A stretch of DNA of 64,000 nt from Geosiphon pyriformis uo1. Lineage: Eukaryota > Fungi > Glomeromycota. Position 1 is the stretch's first letter; each line of letters starts with the position of its first letter. The notes below the pieces were generated by a model that had not been told where the DNA came from, searched no databases, and was given only the letters and a program-made list of their open reading frames with translations. Below, piece by piece: positions 60,904-64,000 of the stretch. The stretch covers positions 320,291 to 384,290 of the forward strand of contig JAAOMT010000735.1 in assembly GCA_016748015.1 (NCBI GenBank). Direction: 5' to 3'. The translations under genes were made by a program, and so were the position numbers.

Positions 60904-62467
60904 TTAATCCAATTCAGAATAACTCGATCTATTGTTTCCGGATGTTGAAGAATTGCCTGAAGCCCCACTAAATGGCGACGAACCAACTATGGCGCTCGAA
61001 TTTCCGCTTGAACCCCCCGATGAAAACAAACTACTCATTAGATCCTGTAAAATATTAAACTGCTGTGGTCTTTGTGTTCGAATGTTGAAAAAGACTTCAC
61101 CAATTCGGTTTAAAAGCTAACAACGAAAAATGATCCTAAAATTCAATTTATGGATATGTAACAAGCGAAAAAGGTAAAAATAACCACTTACATCTTCAAA
61201 AGTAGGCTCAATCTCTAATTCACTTTTGTATTTATTACGCAACGTGACAAATAAATCAGATGCGTCACGTTGTACTGTTAAGATCAAAAACTGCAAAAAA
61301 TTTAGTAAGGGTATATTATAGATTGGCAATTCGATGCTATCACCGTTCACGGTTTGTCGATAGGAAGAGGTTCCAGAAAATATATTTTGACCGACATGTT
61401 TTGCAGATATGGCTGCTTCAAAGCTATTAAACGCAATTTTTGCGTCATGAATATTTCGCAGACATAAATACCTGTCAATGATAAGAATTTAATCAAAATT
61501 TCCAGCAATTAAAAGAACGTATTTATTTTGAGATAAATTTACTTACTGTAATACAGCGCGGGCAAGATAAGCACCGCATTTATGCGGCTGATCTTGAGCT
61601 GCCCATTCTCCCAACATCTGGCCATATGCAGCACTACTTTCAGATGTACCGGCGAGAAAATGGGATTCTGCTTCCTGGTATATTTTGTCTGCAAGTAAAT
61701 TTAATTTTCCTTAGAATTGGGGGCCCAAGTTGATTTTAATAGATATATCGTAGTTGGCGTTTAATTATATCGTCACCTTTCCAAAACAATTTTGCGACAC
61801 AATGATGTAGCTCTGGATCACCAGCAGGACTTTCCCCGAATTTGACAGACCAACTAACGATGGGTTTAGAAGGGGCAAAAAATGTTAATATTTCATGAAT
61901 ATTGTGCCAGGAAACACATTAAATCCCTTAAATTACCCTATGGCGGTATCAAAAAATCTTTTTCTACCAGGTTCGTCATACGGAAATAATTTCATTAGTT
62001 GAATCAATCGATCTATATTTTATATATCTTTGATTAGTCCAAATAGACGACAATGTTTCAGTAATAAAAAATTAAAAATGAACAAAAAACCTCTCGACTC
62101 ATCCGTAACAGGCAGTTCTCCCTCAGAATATGCATCGATCATGTATAATGAAAGGTCGGTTGCACTGCCACTTTGCTTATGCTCCAACAAAGAACGCGCA
62201 CCAGTATACAACAAATCTATTGCTTTACTGTACTGCTTTTGCTTTATTAATCTACAGCAATGGAGCATTTTGTGAGCAAGGTTGGAAGTCAGATGCTTAG
62301 GAAAGGGTTATGAAAAAGTTGCAGAAAACACGTACTTTATTGATCATGTCCAAAATAACTTACCGTCTGCATACAGTACGGTACATTTGGTGAGCTTCAT
62401 AATAGTTTTGTCTATCTAGCGCCTCTTGGATTTTTTCGAGGACTTTATCGGTTCCCCTTGACCCCAT
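60904..62467 (-). CDS. GET4: Golgi-to-ER traffic protein 4 (GET pathway), multi-exon
   Basis: NYYEAHQMYRTVCRR, Q.GSATDL, WS.KFGESPAGDPELH, EAESHFL, ARAVLQYL, PLLNFLQFLILTVQR, L.RIGEVFF.I. Confidence 0.95.
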
Positions 62468-63040
62468 TATTGCTTCTTTACTAGGAAGGGAATTAAAGGA
62501 AGATGGGTTGAACAACTTATTTGATGCTTTCATCTGGTGTCAATCACTATTAAAAATGGTATGACCAATTTTAATACCAAAATGAAAATGAGAAATTTTA
62601 GGTCATATCTGTGGGCAAATTTTTGTTTATCAGTATTAGAATTTTGTGCTTCTCGTACTAAAAATTCTGACTCGACAGTTCATATTTAAAAAAAATTTCT
62701 CGAATTATCGCAACCCACCAGGAATTAGATTTGGTTAATTATATATGTACAATTGAACGTGTTTTAAAGAGATTCACGTTCTTTGATTATTTTAGAGGCT
62801 TTTAAAATATGGTACATGAGGATTTGATGTTCCGTATAGGCTTGATTAAGAAAGCTAAAGGAAGATCAGGAGAAATAAAGTTAAAAGCAGAAGGTATGTT
62901 CTAATCAACAAGAAAATAAAAGAATTTACATACAATATTTGGTAGGCATACAAGAAAGACTAGGAAGATAAGATCTCATGTTCCTTAGTGGCAATATCTT
63001 GGTGTTCGAAATATTCAAAGTTCTGTTTTGGTCACCGTCT

Positions 63041-64000
63041 TCATTTAACAATTTGCACTGTTAATTCTCCAATGCTGATCCTGGCATTTCGAAAAACTGG
63101 ACTTGTATTCCCAATATCTAAGAGTGGGCCTAATCGTTGATACACATGCGCTAAAACTGCCTGTTCATTAGCATCAGCTTTGACCCGTATGGATAATGTA
63201 CCCACCAAATGGTTGTACGAATTTTGCCAAACATGAACAGCAATTATCGCAATTATTGATGGATGATGTTCGATCTTAATGTATAGGTTAATTGTGAGCC
63301 AATATTATATATTATGCTTAACATTAACTTTTATTCAGAGAATTACCCTACCTCTCTTAGACAGATTTCCAAACTCAGGACTGCCATATTCGGAGTTGTC
63401 TGTAACAAGATTTTACCTAATAACATGGCGACTGGCTTCGCAAGATAAAACATTAGAAAAGACTCTAGCAATGATATTAAAACATCTAGCCAACCCAAAT
63501 CTGGACTTGTTAGGTAATGTTTGGTGCAAAATTGCCAATTCAAGTTAATTTAGATAAGAGTTAATGGCATTTGAGATGATGACAAATATTCTCTCACTTC
63601 ATTTCGGCAAGTATTCCGGCTGCGATAACTGCACCCCCGCAAGATAAAGTTATTAACGTAAACGAATTTCTCATAAATTTCGGGATTTGGCTTTTTCGTT
63701 CAAAATTATAATTTGGGAATGTGACACCGAATTGTGAATTTGAGGTAAGCACTGTCAAATACTCAATATAAGTATATAAAATGTAAAACAACCAGAACAA
63801 AGGTGATTAAAAAAATATAATACCAACATGCACAAAAAGCTTTGTGATTTTGGTAGGCTATAGCGGATATTAATGTGACTCCTATTGATATTATTACTAA
63901 AAATAAAGGAAAGGGTGGGCTGGAAAGAAAAAATTAAGAATTAGATTATTTATTTAAGCTGTTTATCATCAAGTTGTCACATTTCCTAAATTAACTCGTA
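63041..64000 (-). CDS. Cation-diffusion-facilitator zinc transporter, ZnT6/Zrg17-like (3' part; 5' end outside window)
   Basis: Spliced C-terminus GKILLQTTP...LRE|...HVW....VGTLSIRVKADANEQAVLAHVYQRL...LTVQIVK* resembles the ZnT6 C-terminal domain as I recall it (LLQTTP, DANEQxVLAHV, LTVQI). Confidence 0.82.

Noticed and set aside
63862-63870. Second U12 donor (ATATCCGCT, minus strand) in the zinc transporter
   Set aside because: It falls inside a clean AG/GT-bounded coding exon (…TLISAIAY…) and deviates from the ATATCCTT consensus.
1-64000. CRISPR arrays, rRNA genes or prokaryotic operons
   Set aside because: No regularly spaced repeats or rRNA signatures seen; the genes are intron-containing eukaryotic genes.

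Overview
Eukaryotic (fungal) genomic DNA. The gene set, short AT-rich introns, a U12 intron and the repeat style suggest an early-diverging fungus such as a Glomeromycotina/Mucoromycota species; this is inference, not a database result. About half of the window is retroelement DNA. At 1-3.5 kb lies a Ty3/Gypsy pol relic almost entirely stripped of C and G yet still readable in frame (YLDD has become YLNN). Five decayed copies of an APE-RT-RNase H-CCHC LINE family follow: four full length and one 5'-truncated, four with candidate target-site duplications, each bordered by extremely AT-rich DNA. Nine host protein genes and one tRNA are interspersed: an SDR, PP2A methylesterase PPE1 (with an AT-AC U12 intron), a focadhesin/DUF3730 homolog, a xylose-reductase-type AKR, a MARVEL-like membrane protein, tRNA-Ser(GCT), a Q/N-rich orphan, a large F-box/LRR protein with a GW-rich tail, GET4 and a partial ZnT6-like transporter. 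Top candidates for new biology are: (1) RIP-like, transition-only, multi-context C-to-T hypermutation of repeats, with ~0.5 kb AT halos around insertions; (2) a LINE expression design with a 5' hairpin, a conserved AUU-started ORF1, an AUGA ORF1/ORF2 overlap and a covarying 3' RNA structure, one fragment of which survives CpG-intact in a host promoter; (3) an F-box/LRR protein with GW-type repeats that shares a PFU-like C-terminal domain with its neighbour.
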